A stretch of 64,000 nt of DNA from Azolla caroliniana (GCA_043228905.1 JBHGNT010000017.1:8618001-8682000); one strand, 5' to 3'. Shown: positions 39,136 to 53,634, numbered from the stretch's first letter. Notes: generated by a model not told the origin, from the letters alone. Numbers and translations are program-made.

Positions 39136-39626
39136 GCCTATGAATCCTCTTTGAGGCATGGGAATTAAGGCTTGTTATTTGAATAATATGTTATCAAGCC
39201 TCAATTCTCATATTCGAGAGGTTTCATGTACCTTATGCTTGATCACCAACTTTATTGGCCATCTAATGGGAGTATCGTGAGTATACGACCTCACATTTAT
39301 TATAATTCCATGGCTCAACTTAACATATATTTATGTTATTACTTTTGTTTTGTAGCTTACTTTCTACCTCATTTAAGTTGATCCAATGAATCGATTCTAA
39401 CCAAGCTAAGTTGGTGGTCAAAAGTATGACTCAAGTGTACTTACCTTTATTGTACCCCAAAATACCATGAAATCGCCCTTCATATGTACGAGAGAGTTAA
39501 GTATTTGTTGTACATAACATGAACAACAAGAATATTAGCAGTGGTACCAAGGATGCAAGTGTGGCACCAAGAAGGAGGAGGACACAAGGAAGATAAGTTT
39601 AGAGCAAGATAGTGAAAGGGGGCAAT

Positions 39627-40042
39627 AAACAATTGGCAACGGTTCGGTTTGAACCGAACCGAACCGCGAAACTGTGTCTTAACAGTTTAAACGGTTTGGT
39701 TTAAACAGTTAGAAACCACGGTACGGTTTAAACGGTTTTGTATTTTATATTTAAAATTTAAAAAAATTGTTTAATTTTTTTTTTTTTTTCATTTTTAGAC
39801 CTTATTCTCACATTTTAGGAACATCTTTAAAATTTTAACATTTAAAATAATGGAATATTTTAAATTTAAAAATATAAAAATTAAAATTTGACATAAGTTG
39901 AAAACCAAAACTGAACCACGAAACCACGGTTTTTACGGTTTGAAAAATGTTTAACGGTTTCGTGGTTCGGTTCAAGTTTCCAAAAATTTAAACGGTTCGG
40001 TTTTGACCCTCTCAAACCGAACCGAACCGTTGCCGATTGTTA
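39627..40042. mobile_element. Non-autonomous hAT-type MITE
   Basis: TIRs AACAATtGGCAACGGTTCGGTT / AACCGAACCGTTGCCgATTGTT, 8-bp TSD ggggcaat / cgggcaat, AACCG/AAACGG subterminal arrays. Confidence 0.88.
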
Positions 40043-41857
40043 CGGGCAATACCTTTGTAAAGAACTATAAAATGTAACTTTTAGACCTTTTTACTTCTTC
40101 TTATTGAACTTCTTCTAAGCCCTTAAGACTAAAGTTAGAGTTCTCCTTTTTTTGATAAAAGCCCACATTTATATTAATAGTATGTAAAATCCACTTGTTA
40201 AAACTTCTTAGTCTCCTCTACCCACCTATGTAGGGAAAGAGACATCATGTAAAGCCATTAGAAAACCTTAATATGCACTTGAGGAAATGATCCCCACATG
40301 CGCTAACATCCAGAAATTCCACATAAGATGGCTTTGAACTTCTTCATATAGGCTTTCACCCTATGTCTACCATCAACATGAAAGCATTACATATATTTCA
40401 ATTGTGTTGTAGTCCCTAATATCGTAAAAATTGGAACAATATCTTCAACTCGCCATTTGGACCATTTTGAACATACTGAGAAAAAACCCACCGTTGAGGC
40501 CTCAAATAGCAACGGGATAAAACTTGCCAAATATCCGATAAGTACTTCCAAATGATATGGCAGCTATATGACATTTACTGAGCTTATGTATATGACCTCC
40601 GATGTAATGGTGCAAAAGACGCACATACTTGACCCTAGTCCTTGTCTCTTTAAGGCCGAACCTAATCAATCACGACTCTCCATATCAATACCTTTGCATG
40701 AAATGGCAAATGGGAATGCCAACCACATTGCAATATTTGCCACCACCTTACATTTGGCTTACATACATTCCAGTCTTTTTTGCTTTAGGTGATAGCCAAG
40801 ATAATGATGTCATTGCATGATGATACAATATATTTGTAGTGACATGTAACATTCATTTACCATCCTTTAATCGCTAATCCACCCAAGGCGCAACATTTGT
40901 TTTCATTGGCAAAGATCCATGCAACAATGATATATCTTGTAATTTCTACTAAATAAATTCATAATTTGGGGGAATATATAACCATCATTTGATATTTCAA
41001 CTTCCGACAACCTTTGAGATTAATTATCAGCCATATCTCCCAAATCTACAACCCCCAATCAAAATAAACGGTTGAATTGAGATTTTAGCTTCTCTTTTCC
41101 AGGTCAATGAAACACTCGGGAAGAAACGATGCCATGAAGTGGGAAATGCATAGGAGGAAATAAGTTAAACTCGGAATATCAAGAAGGTTGAACGATAGGT
41201 CGATGGTGTAGTATGAAGGACAAAGAACAAGTTGCATTTTACAAATAATAAAAAATTCTTAGCTCATTTGATAAGGGCTTATCAAAGCTTTTTGTTAGCA
41301 TGAAGTGCCAAAAAGGGAAAGTAATGCATACAAGTGAAAAATAAAAAGCGTGGTGTGTGCTAAAATAAAAAAACACCCACTAATTTTATGGGTGAGAAAA
41401 CCTCTTGAGTCCTATAAAAGGATGAAAATGACTCATTGTTTCAGGGGGAGAAAGTGAGAGAGGCGGAAGTGCACCCAAATTCAGGAGAGAGAGCAAGGGT
41501 TGCGAATCAAAGATGACAAAAGGTGACGTGGCCGTCATTCCTTGAGACGTTGTCGCTAAAACTCGAGGATATCCCCCTAAAGCTATTCTATGATATTACC
41601 TTTTATGTTTACTTCTATCTTATTCCCATCCTTCTTCTATTTCTGTTCACTCCATGTAACAAAGCCGAGAATTTTTCTTGTTGTAGTGTAACACTTTCTT
41701 TAACTTACAATTGCCTTCAAAATCTTAATATAATTTTATTTCATTATTTTGTAAAGTCCTTATTTAAGTGCCTGAAATGAAGCTTTTGTCATGAGGATCA
41801 CGATGATTTTTTCGTATTTTGATTCCAACCGATAGTGTAGTAATGATCTTCCATAAT

Positions 41858-42774
41858 TGTTGTTCAACGCTACCTTACCTTTGACTCTGCCTAACCTTCG
41901 ACTTTGCTTAACCTTCGACTCTACCTAACCTTTGATTCTATCTAACCTTTGACTCAACCTTACCTTTGACTTAGCCTTACCTTCAATTCAGCGTTACCTT
42001 CGACTCAGACTTACCTTCTTTTCCGCCTTACCTTCGTCTCTGCCGTACCTTCAACACTAGAGAGAGTTCAAACAAGCTTTCGAGTATGAAGAGCCTTTGA
42101 CGTGATGAGCCTTCGATTGTGGTGAGCCTTTGAGTCCAATGAGCCTTCTACTACTAGGAGCTTTTGACTCTAACCATCTTTCGATTTTGACGAGCCTTCG
42201 AGTCACCCATCCTCTCCGGTTTAGGTCCCCGATGGTTCTGCTTAGATTTCACATGCACGTGTGTAACTTAGCAACATCAAATTCGTTGAACCCGACATGA
42301 AAGAGTTGTAGGGGAGGATGACTAGTGAATCGAGTGTTGGTGATTTGAATGATAATTTGGCTTGAGTGATGACCATGATAATGGACCACATGCTTCGTGA
42401 GAGAGACAACATTGTAGGCCTTGACAAGGCCATTGAAAAGATCGTGGATGCAAATGGTCACTTTGATGGGAAAAATGTGAGCTAATACCTCACGGCCTAC
42501 AAAACTGAAATGCGAATGATGGACATTCATGTGGAAAGGAAATTGTCAAGCTTTGCTAGGGTTGTAGCTTTGAACCTCCATTCTCGCATCCTAGAGATAC
42601 AAGAAGCAGCCCGAATTGGGTAACTTACGAACGAAATTTACTTGAGGAATATGGTTTCAATGATTCATCCCGAATAACTAGGAAGGATCTAATGGATTGG
42701 GTGGATAGTACCAACAAAATGTTGAGTGCAAGCGCAACATTTCAAGAGTTCGAGCAAAGATTTGGCCATCTGTT
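41858..42774 (+). mobile_element. 5' part of a gypsy-like element with tRNA-Trp PBS (element D), truncated by a copia insertion
   Basis: Putative LTR TGTTG(41858)...CAACA(42276) containing aaccttcgact-type short repeats. PBS-like tcgttgaacccgacatgaa at 42283-42301. gag GHFDGKNVS.YL..SRITRKDLMDWVD resembles 63246-63659. The left boundary is uncertain. Confidence 0.7.
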
Positions 42775-43612
42775 TGTTGGACTAAAAGTCTTACTCCACC
42801 CATTAGTCCCTAGTGTGAACACTCCCTAAGGGAGTTAGGGGTTAATTACTCTAAGTATAAATATGGGGGACTAAATCTTATAATGGAGTTCGGTGGGATT
42901 TGAAATATATTGTCTCTCTCTTGAGCTCTAACTATGTATCTGTCTTTTTGTGTGTACTCATTATGTTGAGATTAAACAATGCACTTATTCTGTTCGACTT
43001 GTTATATGTTTTCTCATTCCTTTAACAAGATCCATATTCATATTCCACACAAGTCAATCAATCACACATCAATTGACCCAAGGCACCATATTGTGCCATC
43101 AAGTGGTATCAAACCTTGTTGTTAATGAGCAACACCAAGACAAGAAGAAGGAAAATTATCTGAAGGAAAAGACTATGTCAAATACATTCTTCGACGAGAA
43201 CTATGGTTTCAACATCCGACATCGGTTGTGAAATCAGCAAGTTCGACGAAAAATATTTTGCCTTATGGAAAGAAATGATGCAGGACATGCTAATCATCTG
43301 ACATCAAATAGAGGCGATTCGGCACAACAAGAAGCCAACATCGATGACGATCACTTGGCGAAATAGCGAGGTCGACCATCCCGATGCACTTGGCCGAAAA
43401 CCGAAAACATCTACTTTAGTATGGCCAAGGAGACAACTGTGTATGCCCTATGGGAGACACTCCATTTCGTATATGAAAAGAAGTCGAGCTCGTTGAAACT
43501 CATCTTGATTCCGTAACTATTTAACATGAAGATGAGGGAGACCGAGCCGATAACCTCCCATATCAACACCTTCAGTCGGGTGTGGACCGAACTCTCCTCG
43601 TAGGGCCTGAAT
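42775..43612 (+). mobile_element. Ty1/copia 5' LTR, PBS and gag fragment (related to element A)
   Basis: TGTTGG(42775)...CA(43101), PBS tggtatcaaacc at 43104. gag KFDEKYFALWKEMMQDMLII..TSHINTFS matches the gag at 11262-11765. Confidence 0.88.
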
Positions 43613-43749
43613 TTGTCATGATGACAATTACATACGATTTGGGTTTACAAGGAATCGTAGAACCCACAACCTTGTTATATACGTGTCGAGTTCTTAACCA
43701 TTGTAATGATATATTTATGTGTAAAGAATTTATAAACTATATAGAATAT

Positions 43750-46700
43750 TGTAAAAGAATACGTTGTGCGGAAGCGTGTGCGAAAACATAGAGTACACAG
43801 TTCAGAGGAATAAGAAAATTAAGTAAAACACAGAAAATGCAGAGATGGAGATGGAGATGGAGAGAGAGAGAGCAGACAACAGAAAACTCAGATTCAAAAT
43901 AATGACACTCTGTTTTGTGTACATACTTTGTGCTCAATGAGCACCTTATATACAAGCCCTGACAATTGGGCTAACACAAGTACTGACAGTACTTGACGCT
44001 CATAAATGAGCCGCAACACTCACTCCCAAAATTATTCCTTACGAGGAATAACGCTCTAACGGCCTCTTCGGTTTTCACACCGATGCGGCCCTGTTGTGTA
44101 CTTTTTCCCGCACCCAGTCTACGCACTCCCCCTCAAGCTTGTCTCTCAACACTCCCCCTCAAGCTCAACTTGAGGTTCCACTTGCTCCGCCGGATCTATG
44201 CTCTGGTTCCTTTTGGCTTCACGCCTCACTTGTGCTCCTCGACCCGTTCGATTCCGCGCACTTCGACCCTTCTGGTCGGCTTGTCTGCTTGTTCAGCCCT
44301 TCTCAGCTCCCTTGCTGTCGCGGTGTCGACGCGTCATTCGCTGCCCTTTTCTCCTCATGGCCTTTAGTTGATTTGGCGTATCCAAATCGAACATTCCGAT
44401 TGAATTGAACGCTTCCGATTCAATTCCACTCTCATCCGAATTGGCTGTCTCCAATTTGTTTCCTGTCTTTAGGCCTTTGACTACATCAAACCATGTCTTG
44501 GTCTTGGCCTTTACACCCTTCTTGGCTGTATCTCCCCCTTCTTGGTTGTCCTCGGCTCTTCCCTACGATTGCGGCCCTTGATTTCTTCTTCGGCTTCTTC
44601 AGCCGGTCCGAAATCAAATTCTTCATCCGATTCCTCATCACGGTCACTTCCGCCGTGATGAACACCTCCGCTGCTTTCACGCTCTTGTTACTGTTCGTCT
44701 TCCTTTCTCCCCCTCAAGTTCGGCATGTCGAGGTGACGCAACCCTAGCTCACCCGAGAAATGCCGTAACTTGTCCAAACCAAGAGGCTTAGTGAAGATGT
44801 CGGCAACCTGCCGATCAGTCGGAACATGCATTAGTCCGACTTCACCTGAAAGGACCCGCTCGTGGACAAAATGGTAATGCACCTCAATGTGCTTGGTCTG
44901 GGCGTGGGAAACGGGGTTCTTTGCAAGGTGGATACTGCTGAGGTTGTCACAAAAGATCGTCGTCGGATCAGACACCTCTACCTGCAAATCCCGTAATAGC
45001 CGTTTCAGCCAAATGACTTCGCACGTAGCGACAACTGCCCCTCGATATTCGGCCTCCATGCTCGACAGTGCTACTGTCGGCAGCTTTTTGCTACTCCACA
45101 CGATCGCCGCACTTCCTAATGAGAAGGCGTATCCGGATGTGGATCTACGATCACTGGCGTTTTTGGCCCAATCGGCATCCGTGTAGTCGACTAACTGTTC
45201 GGCTACGCCTGCTCGATATAACAACGTCATGTCTTTCGTGCTGCTGACATATCGCAATATCTGTTGCGTGCACTGAAAGTGTTCGGCCATAGGCTGCAAC
45301 ATGAATTGACTAATTAGGCCGACTAGATAACTAAGATCCAACTGAGTAATCGTCAGATAGATAAGGCTTTTGACAATCTGTCGGAACTGTGTTGGGTCGC
45401 ATGCCTTTCCCGAATCTCGGCGAAGCTTTGCGTTTCTATTCAGAGGGATCAAGATGGGCTTACAGTTTGCCATCCCGAACTTGAAGAGCATATTCAGTGC
45501 GTAATGACGTTGGCTGATCAATATGCCTTCAGGGGTACAGATCACTTCGATCCCGAGGAAGTAATGAAGGTCTCCGAGATCCTTCATTTCAAATGATGCC
45601 GCAAGCTGAGACTTCACGCGGTGGATTTCGTCCAGGTCGGCACCGGCGATGACTAAATCATCAACATATAATAGGATACTAACCGGTCCGTGTTGACCTT
45701 GCCGAACAAATAGCGAAGAGTCTGATTTCGACGTCGTAAAGCCCATCCTATGCAGCTGTTGCGTAATCTTCGCGTTCTAGGCTCGTGGGGCTTGCTTAAG
45801 TCCGTACAGTGACTACTTCAGTTGGCAAACGGCCGAGGTGTTTCGTTCGGATAGAAACCCGGGGGGTTGTATCATGTACACCTGTTCCTGAAGATCACCA
45901 TGCAGGAACGCGTTCTTTACATCCATTTGATGTAAGTGCCACCCCTTTGCCGATGCTACGGCTAGCAGGACTCGCACGACGGTCATCTTTGCGACAAGCG
46001 CGAAGGTCTCATCGTAATTGATGCCGTGTTGCTGTGTGTAGCCTTTCGCTATTAAGCGGGCCTTGTATCGATTGATGGAGCAGTCGGTAGTGTATTTCAC
46101 TTTATACACCCACCGACATCCGATCGGCTTCACACCCTTCGGTGCGTCAACCAGGTCCCATGTCTCGTTCTACGTTAAGGCACACATCTCTTCCTCCATT
46201 GCGGCACGCCAATTTGCGTCCTTCGTCGCTTTTGCGTAGCTCTCCGGCTCACGCACTTCCGCCACTCATGTCATGTATGCATAATGGTGCGCCATGTACT
46301 CATTATACCTGTATCTCTTTATGAGGTTCTTCAGGCGGGTAGATCGGCGTAATTCGTGATTACCCGATTTCACGACCTTTTCGGCTACTGTCAACCTCTT
46401 GCATGGAGGTTCCTTTCTAGTTTTCCCGTAGTCAGACTCACTACGATCTGACTCGGCGTTGTCGAAGTCGTATTCCAGCATTTTCTTCTTGCCTTTTTCC
46501 TTGCTCGTAAGCCGTCTCCTCAGCTTCTTGCTCGGGGAATGTACGGCGGAGTCTCACTACTCGTCGTCTCATCATCTAGTTGGCCATCTCGGCCCAACCC
46601 CTCATTCGGCCCGCTTAGCCGAAATGAGATCGGACTCTCTCTTAGAGCTCCAACGTCCTCATCATGCGGAGGCATTTCAGCCTCGTTGATTTCTTCTTTA

Positions 46701-47729
46701 GAAATCGGAATGGAGTCATGAGGTTCTAGAGGAGAAGGCAAGTATGACGAAGCGGACTCGTCAAATACGTCATCGCGGCTTACGCGTACTTCCTTTGTTT
46801 GGGGGTTATGGCACTTATACCCCTTTTGCTCATCTGAATAGCCGACCAAGATACATTTCTCGGCCTTGGCATCTAGCTTCCTCCTCTTCTCCTTCAGCAC
46901 GTGCACATACGTGATGCTGCCGAAAATCCTCAAGTGTGCCAAATTCAGTTTCTTTCCGAAATACAACTCATGTGGCAACACTCCTCCATTAGCAGAAGTC
47001 CGATTCTACAGGTAGACAGTTGTCTTCACGGCTTCGGCCCAATAGAATTTCCGCATATGCTTCTCTTCAAGATTTGCCTTGGCCGCTTCTTCAATCGTCC
47101 GATTTTTCCGCTCGGCTACGCTGTTTTGCTCCGGCGTATATCTACACGAGAATGCGTGTCGAATTCCCTCCTTCTGTAGATAACTTGTGAACTGGTCGGA
47201 GAAGTACTCCTTCCCGCCATCGGACCGTAGGCATTTGATCTTACGCCCTATTTCCGCTCTTAACCTTAAGGAAACATGCGAAGACTTCGCTCTTCTTCGC
47301 GATCGTGCATACCCATGTGTGCCAAGTGAAGTCGTCGATGAAGGTTACAAAGTAACGGTTTCCACCGAGACTCATGTTTTATGCCAGACCCCACACATCC
47401 GAATGGATCAAATCCAATGGACTTCGACTACGATTACGCTCATTGGGGAATGGAAGTTGGTGTTGTTTTCCCATCTAACAGGCTTCGCAAACTTGGCCAT
47501 TCCAGCCCCGAAACTTCGGCAAGCCGAAAACAATGTTCTTCGTCTGTATCTCACGAAGCCGTTAAATTTACGTGGCCGAACCACTTGTGCCACAGGTCAA
47601 TATCCGATTTGGCGTTTTGTCCTTTCGCGTACAACGCGGTTCCAGCTTGATTAGTGACGAGGATAAACATCCTCCCTTCACGGCGCCCTTGCGCGATTCA
47701 ACATACCACACCTCGCTTGATTTCGAGGT
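43750..47729 (-). mobile_element. Ty1/copia element B1 (3' LTR, RNase H, RT, integrase; 5' part lost)
   Basis: LTR 43750-44151, PPT at 44152. ORF 44688-45746 has LYVDDL and [16 protein letters not shown] at ~46050, and integrase at 46520-47400. Confidence 0.92.
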
Positions 47730-48056
47730 TGTAAAAGAATAGCATGTGCGGAAGCAATAGAAAACTGAACACAGAAACCTAGAGTTGAAGCTTCCTAGCT
47801 GTAGTGCTTGCGGCAAAAATCTTCTTCAGATTTCCCCAAGCATCTTTCGGCGTTTTTGCATCCCGAATGTAGCTTAGGAGCTATTCGCCCACACAAGACG
47901 CGAAGCAGTACAGTACTCTGCTCGCCGACTATTCCCAAACCGGGAAATCTCTATGTGTCGATTCGAGTGCTGTGTCATTTTCTCCGTTGACATAGCTCCA
48001 GTAACCGTGCCCGAGCAGGTATTGGTACATCTTGTAGGACCAAGATGCGTAGTTGT

Positions 48057-48491
48057 TGTTAACTCTTAGGGCCGGACAATGGCCTAACACAGGGTGTCTA
48101 CGGAAGACACTTCACCAAAGGGTGTTACGACAACCGGATTAGACTCAACGCTTAATTCGACTTAATTAAGTTACTTAGCATGATCGTCTTCCATAATCAC
48201 ACGCGTAAGATATAACAATTAAGACAGAACGACAATTAACACAGAGAGATAACAACGCTAAGCTTTTATTAATTAACCGCTATCCATTACATTGTATCCG
48301 AGCCTTTAAATAGGTTTCCGGTCTGTATTACAAAACGGTGCCCTCCGCACCTGTTCGGGATCGGTCCGGATCCGGAATGGCATACCGATTCCGGTCTGTC
48401 CATCCACACTCATAGCTTAATTACAACCACATTCCTACTACTTAAATAACTCTCCATTTCCCACTCTGGACTCCTTTGCCGGCCGGTAACA
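48057..48491. mobile_element. Solo LTR inserted in copia gag
   Basis: TGTTA...TAACA ends with a perfect 5-bp TSD GTTGT. Removing it restores gag EKLERNNYASWSYKM. Confidence 0.93.
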
Positions 48492-48716
48492 GTTGTTTCT
48501 CTCGAGCTTCTCCGTCGGAAGCGAGCTAGCCATGCCTCTATCCATCGGTTTTTACCTGTTCTTCATGATTGGTTTTCTTTTCAAGCTATGTTGGCTGGAG
48601 AGGTTCTCAACCCTTGCGCTCTGATACCATGTAAAAGAATAGCATGTGCGGAAGCAATAGAAAACCGAACACAGAAACACAGGTTTAATGGAGAGCTTAG
48701 AATATACACAGTACGC

Positions 48717-48779
<63 letters not shown>

Positions 48780-51700
48780 TAGAACATAAAACTCTATTAA
48801 AAAATATACTCAATCTGTACATCGTATGTGTTCAGTGAACACTTTTTTACAAGTCCATATGCACTGACAGAAGTACGGTGTACTTCAATGCTCACTCGAG
48901 CGTCTGACACTAACTATGAGACTATTAACTACCTAGTAGTCTAGGCTGCTACTAGGCTTCTGGTTACTGATGGATCCGGCTAACCGGCTCCCCAGCTCAC
49001 CGGCTCACTTGCTCACCGGCTTACCGATTTGGCTCATCCTTCCGGATGCCGATCCGGTTCAGGCTTATTCAGCCGATCCGGATTCGGTTGAGCTTGCCGC
49101 TCAACACTCCCCCTCAAGCTCAACTTGAGGTCAGATCGTAGTGTCAGTCTTCATGGCAGCCGGTCCTTCCACCTAGCTCCTTCTGGCATCACTCTGCCTC
49201 GCTTGCGCTCCTCGTTCGGTCCGGTCCCGTTTGCCGCGACCCCTCTAGTTCTGCGCGCCTTGACCTCCTCGGTCGGCTTGTCTGCTCAACAGGCCCAAAT
49301 CAACTCCCTCGCTGCTGTGACTTCGGCGCTTGTCGATTCGCCGATTTTTTCGTGTTGGCGTTGACTTTTGCTGCCTTCTTGTTCTCTTGGCCTTGAATTG
49401 ATCCGGTTCTTTTGAATCCGTATGTTGAACTGAATCGACTGTCTCCTATTTGTTCCAGCTCTTGTTCGAATCAGTCGCTCCCGATTCTTCTTCCGTTCCA
49501 AGCCCTTCACCATATCGGACCATGTCTGGGTCTTGGCATTCTTCTTCCGGTCGGCTCTGTCCTTCTTGACTCTGCCATCGTTGCCGCTTTCTCCGACTTA
49601 TTTGGATGTGTCAACTTCCTTTGTCGACTCGACTCATTTCTTCTTCTTGTCTCTCCCCTCGTCGGTTCTTCCCTCGCCGGCGCAATCGATAGTCTCCCTG
49701 CCTTTGCCCATTTCGGTGTCTTTGCTCGTTCTCCCCCTAAAGTGTGGCATGTCGAGATGCTGAACACCAAGCATTTCGGTGAATGTTGCAACTTGTCCGA
49801 TTCGAGCAGTTTGGTGAAGATGTCGGCAACTTGCTGATCCGTATGAACATACCGAAGTTCGACTTCACCGCTCAGGACACGCTCACGCACGAAGTGGTAG
49901 TGCATTTCTATGTGCTTTGTTCGAGCATGGAATATAGGGTTCTTGGCGAGCTGCATGCTGCTTATGTTGTCGTAGTAGATTAGTGTCGGGGTCGGCACCT
50001 CGATCCGCAGGTCTTGTAGCAGTCACCGAAGCCAAATGGCTTCAAAGGTGGCAACGGTAGCGCCCCAGTATTCAGCCTTAGTGCTCGAAAGGGCCACTGT
50101 TGGCTGCTTTTTGCTGCTCCACGCAACAACCGCGCTACCAAGGGAAAACATATAGCCGGAGGTGGATCGACGATCCAATGCATCGCCGGCCCAGTCGGCA
50201 TCGGTGTAGTCGACTAGTTCTTCAGTTATACCATGCCGGTATAACAGTCCCCGGTCCTTCGTGCCGCTCACATATCACAAAATTCGATGCGCGCATAGAA
50301 GGTGCTCCATGGTGGGCTTTTGCATATATTGGCTGATCACGCCGACCGGAGAACTGATGTCGGGTCGGGTGATTGTCAAATATATAAGGTTTCTGACGAT
50401 TTGTCGGAACCGTTTCTCATCGCAGGCCGGTCTGGAGTTGGGACGGAGCTTCTGGTTCCGGTCTAGGGTTGTGGAGATTGGTCGGCATTCCATCATGCCG
50501 AACTTGTACATCATATTCAACACATAATGTTTTGTGAGAGCAATATGCTGTCGGGGGTTCGGATCACCTCGATCCCAAGGAAATAGTGAAGGTCCCCTAG
50601 GTCTTTCATCTCAAATGCGTCTGACAGTTGGGACTTGACTCGGCTGACTTCATCGAGGTCGGCTCCGGTGATGACTAGATCATCAACATACAACAAGATG
50701 CATACCGGACTGTCCGGACCTTGCCGGATGAACAACGAAGAGTTAGACTTGGAGGCCGCAAACCCCATCTTATGCACCCGGTGCGTGATCTTGGCATTCC
50801 AAGCTTGGGGGGCTTGCTTCAGGCCATAAAGTGACTTCTTCAACCGGCATACCGCCGACTTGTTCATCTTCGACTGGAAACTGGGAGGTTGGGTCATAAA
50901 GACCTCTTCTTCAAGATCTCCTTGAAGAAATGCATTCTTCACGTCCATCTGGTGAAGATGCCACTCCCTTGCCGCAACAACTGCCAACACTACACGAACC
51001 GTCGTCATCTTCACTACTGGAGCGAAGGTCTCATCGTAGTCGATTCCATGGGTCTGCGCGTATCCGTTCGCCACTAACCCGGGCCTTGTATCGGTTAACC
51101 GAACTGTCGGCATTGTACTTTACCTTGTACACCCACTTACATCCAATCGGTTTACAGTGTCGGGGAGGGTCAACTAGGTCCCATGTGTTGTTGGCATCAA
51201 GTGCCCACATTTCTTCCTCCATATCGGCACGCCAATTTGCATCCCTTGCCGCTTCTGCGTAGCTCTCCGGCTCACGCACTTCCGCCACCTTAGTCATGTA
51301 CGCATAATGATGCGCCATGTACTCATTGTACTCGTACAGCTTCACGGGGTTCTTCGGGCGGGAAGACCAGTGTATCTTATCGTTACCCGGTTTCAGGCCC
51401 CTCTTGGCCGGTTCAGGCTTTGTTCCCGAAGATCTGTCTTCATCCTTTCCAGAGTCGGATTCGCTCCGATCCGTGTCACCGTTGCCGGTTTTGTATTCTG
51501 GCATCTTCATCTTGCCCTTCTCTTTACGCATGAACCGTCTCCTCGGTTCCTTGCGTGGGGAGAGTATGGCAGAGTCTCCATTACTCGCCAGTTCCTCATC
51601 CGACTGGTCATCCCGACTCAACCGCTCATTCGGTCCACTTAATTGAAATGAGATCAGACTCTCTTCTAGAGTGCCGAGGCCTTCATCTTCTATATGGACC

Positions 51701-51825
51701 GGTTTAGGCTCACTTGCCTCATCCTCTGGTATTGGGTTGGGGTCGGAAGTCGGAGCCGGTAATGGATACCATGATGCCGTCTCATCAAACACAACATCCC
51801 GGCTAACTCGAACCTACTTCGTCCA

Positions 51826-52028
51826 GGGGTTATAACACTTATACCCCTTTGCTCATGCAAGTAACCGACCAGGATGCATTTCTCCGACTTTGCATCCAAC
51901 TTCCTCCGCTTCTTGTCCGGCACATGGGGGTTATAACACTTATACCCCTTTTGCTCATGCAAGTAGTTGACCAGGATGCATTTCTCCGACTTTGCATACA
52001 ACTTCCTCCGCTTCTCGTCTGGCACATG
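51826..52028. repeat. ~101-bp tandem duplication in the B2 integrase C-terminal region
   Basis: ggggttataacacttatacccc...ggcacatg occurs twice, and KRRKL.AKSEKCILV is duplicated in the ORF. Confidence 0.92.
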
Positions 52029-53634
52029 CACATATGCAATGCTATTGAATAACCGAAGGTGTCTCAAATTCGGCTTGCGCCCGAAATATAGCTCATGCAC
52101 GGACACTTTGTCACTGATTCGGTTGTGGATGTAGACGGCCGTCCAGACCTCCTCCGCCGAGTAGAAATGGGGCATGCTCTTCTCCTCCAACATTGCCCTT
52201 GCCGTGTTGACAATCGACCGGTTCTTCCTTTCGGACACACCATTTTGCTCCGGTGTGTATCTGCAGCTGAACTCTCTCTGAATTCCTTTTTGCTGCAGAT
52301 AACTATTGAATTGGCCGGAAAAATATTCTTTTCCGCCATCCGACCGCATGAACTTGTTCTTCCTCTCCATTTCCCATTCAACCAGGCTTTGCAGGTTCTG
52401 GAAACACTCGAAGACTTCGCTCTTCTGCTCAATGAGGTAGATCCATGTGTGCCGGTTGTAGTCGTCAATGAAGGAGACGAAATACCGACTCCCACCAAGA
52501 CTAACGTTTTGTGCCGGTCCCCATACATATGAATGAATAAGGTCGAGCTTGTTATATCTACGGTTTGATTCGGTGGGGAATGGAAGCCGGTGTTGCTTCC
52601 TGAGTTGGCAGGCTTCACATATTTGGGCCTTCCGGCCACTAAACTTCGGCAAACCGAAAACAACTTGTTTCGTTTGCAGGTCTTGAAGCCTCCGGTAATT
52701 GACGTGACCGATCCGCTTGTGCCAGAGATCAATATCTGATTCAATCTTTTGTCCTTTGGCGAACAAAGCAGTGCCGACGTCATTGGTGTAAACCGCAAGG
52801 TGCGTAAACCACACCTGCATCCCTTGGTCAACGATATGACCGACTGACACCAGGTTCTTCGTGATAGTCAGAACGTGTAATACGTTCATAAGCTTCCCCC
52901 TCTGTCCGACGTGGTTCAAAGGGACTTCTCTGACATGCACGATTGGGTGAGGAGTGTCGTCTCCAGTTTCGACGACTCTAGGTTGTTCCAGTTTCTCCAA
53001 AAAGGAGAACCACTCTTTGTGGCTCATCATGTGATTCGACGCACCGGAATCAACGTAGCATACTTCCTCCGATTTGGAATTGTCCTTCTTCATTGAGTTA
53101 GCGTCATGTTTCATCACCAAGGCTGGCCCTTTACGGGCTTTTCCGGTTTTGGATCCTCCCGATCCTTCTGCATAGTGTGAGTATTGCCGATTCTCTTTGC
53201 CGGCCTTGCCGGATCCGGATTTATCCGAATCGACGCGCTTCTTCCAGCACTCGCTTTCTCTGTGGCCCTTTTTACCACAGTACCAGCATTCTGTGTCGCC
53301 CTTTGCTTGCCGGCCTCCGGCGCCGCCTTGACTCCCCCTGCTGGTGGAGGGTCCGAAACTATTGTCGGCACATTCTCTGTGCCTTTGGTTTGGCTCTTGC
53401 CGGCTGCTACCATTGCGAGCCGACCCGCCTCGTCCACCACGCCCACGGGGCTGATCCGCCTCCATGTACAACATCCGGCTGTCGGTGGGTGCACTTGTTG
53501 ACACACCGGCGTGGTTCTCCTCCACAAGGAGCATCGACTGTAAGTAGAAAATGACAGCGTATTCTCCCTTGTACACACAACAGTTCGGAACGCTCCGAAC
53601 TTTGACGCCAAACCTCCGAGATAGATTTGCACCC

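Larger units (their letters stand above)
47730..53634 (-). mobile_element. Tandem Ty1/copia structure: LTR stub, gag and PBS, shared LTR (48630-49106), then element B2 pol and gag
   Basis: PBS gctctgatacca at 48618-48629 on one side of the LTR and PPT ctccccct at 49107 on the other. ORF 51690-53576 has a CCHC knuckle (CWYCGKKGHRESEC), YVDSGASNH and integrase. RT LYVDDL at 50517-51113. Confidence 0.9.

Noticed and set aside
41130-41850. LTR-like segment with TATA (cctataaaagg at ~41411)
   Set aside because: No partner LTR, termini or TSD could be fixed.
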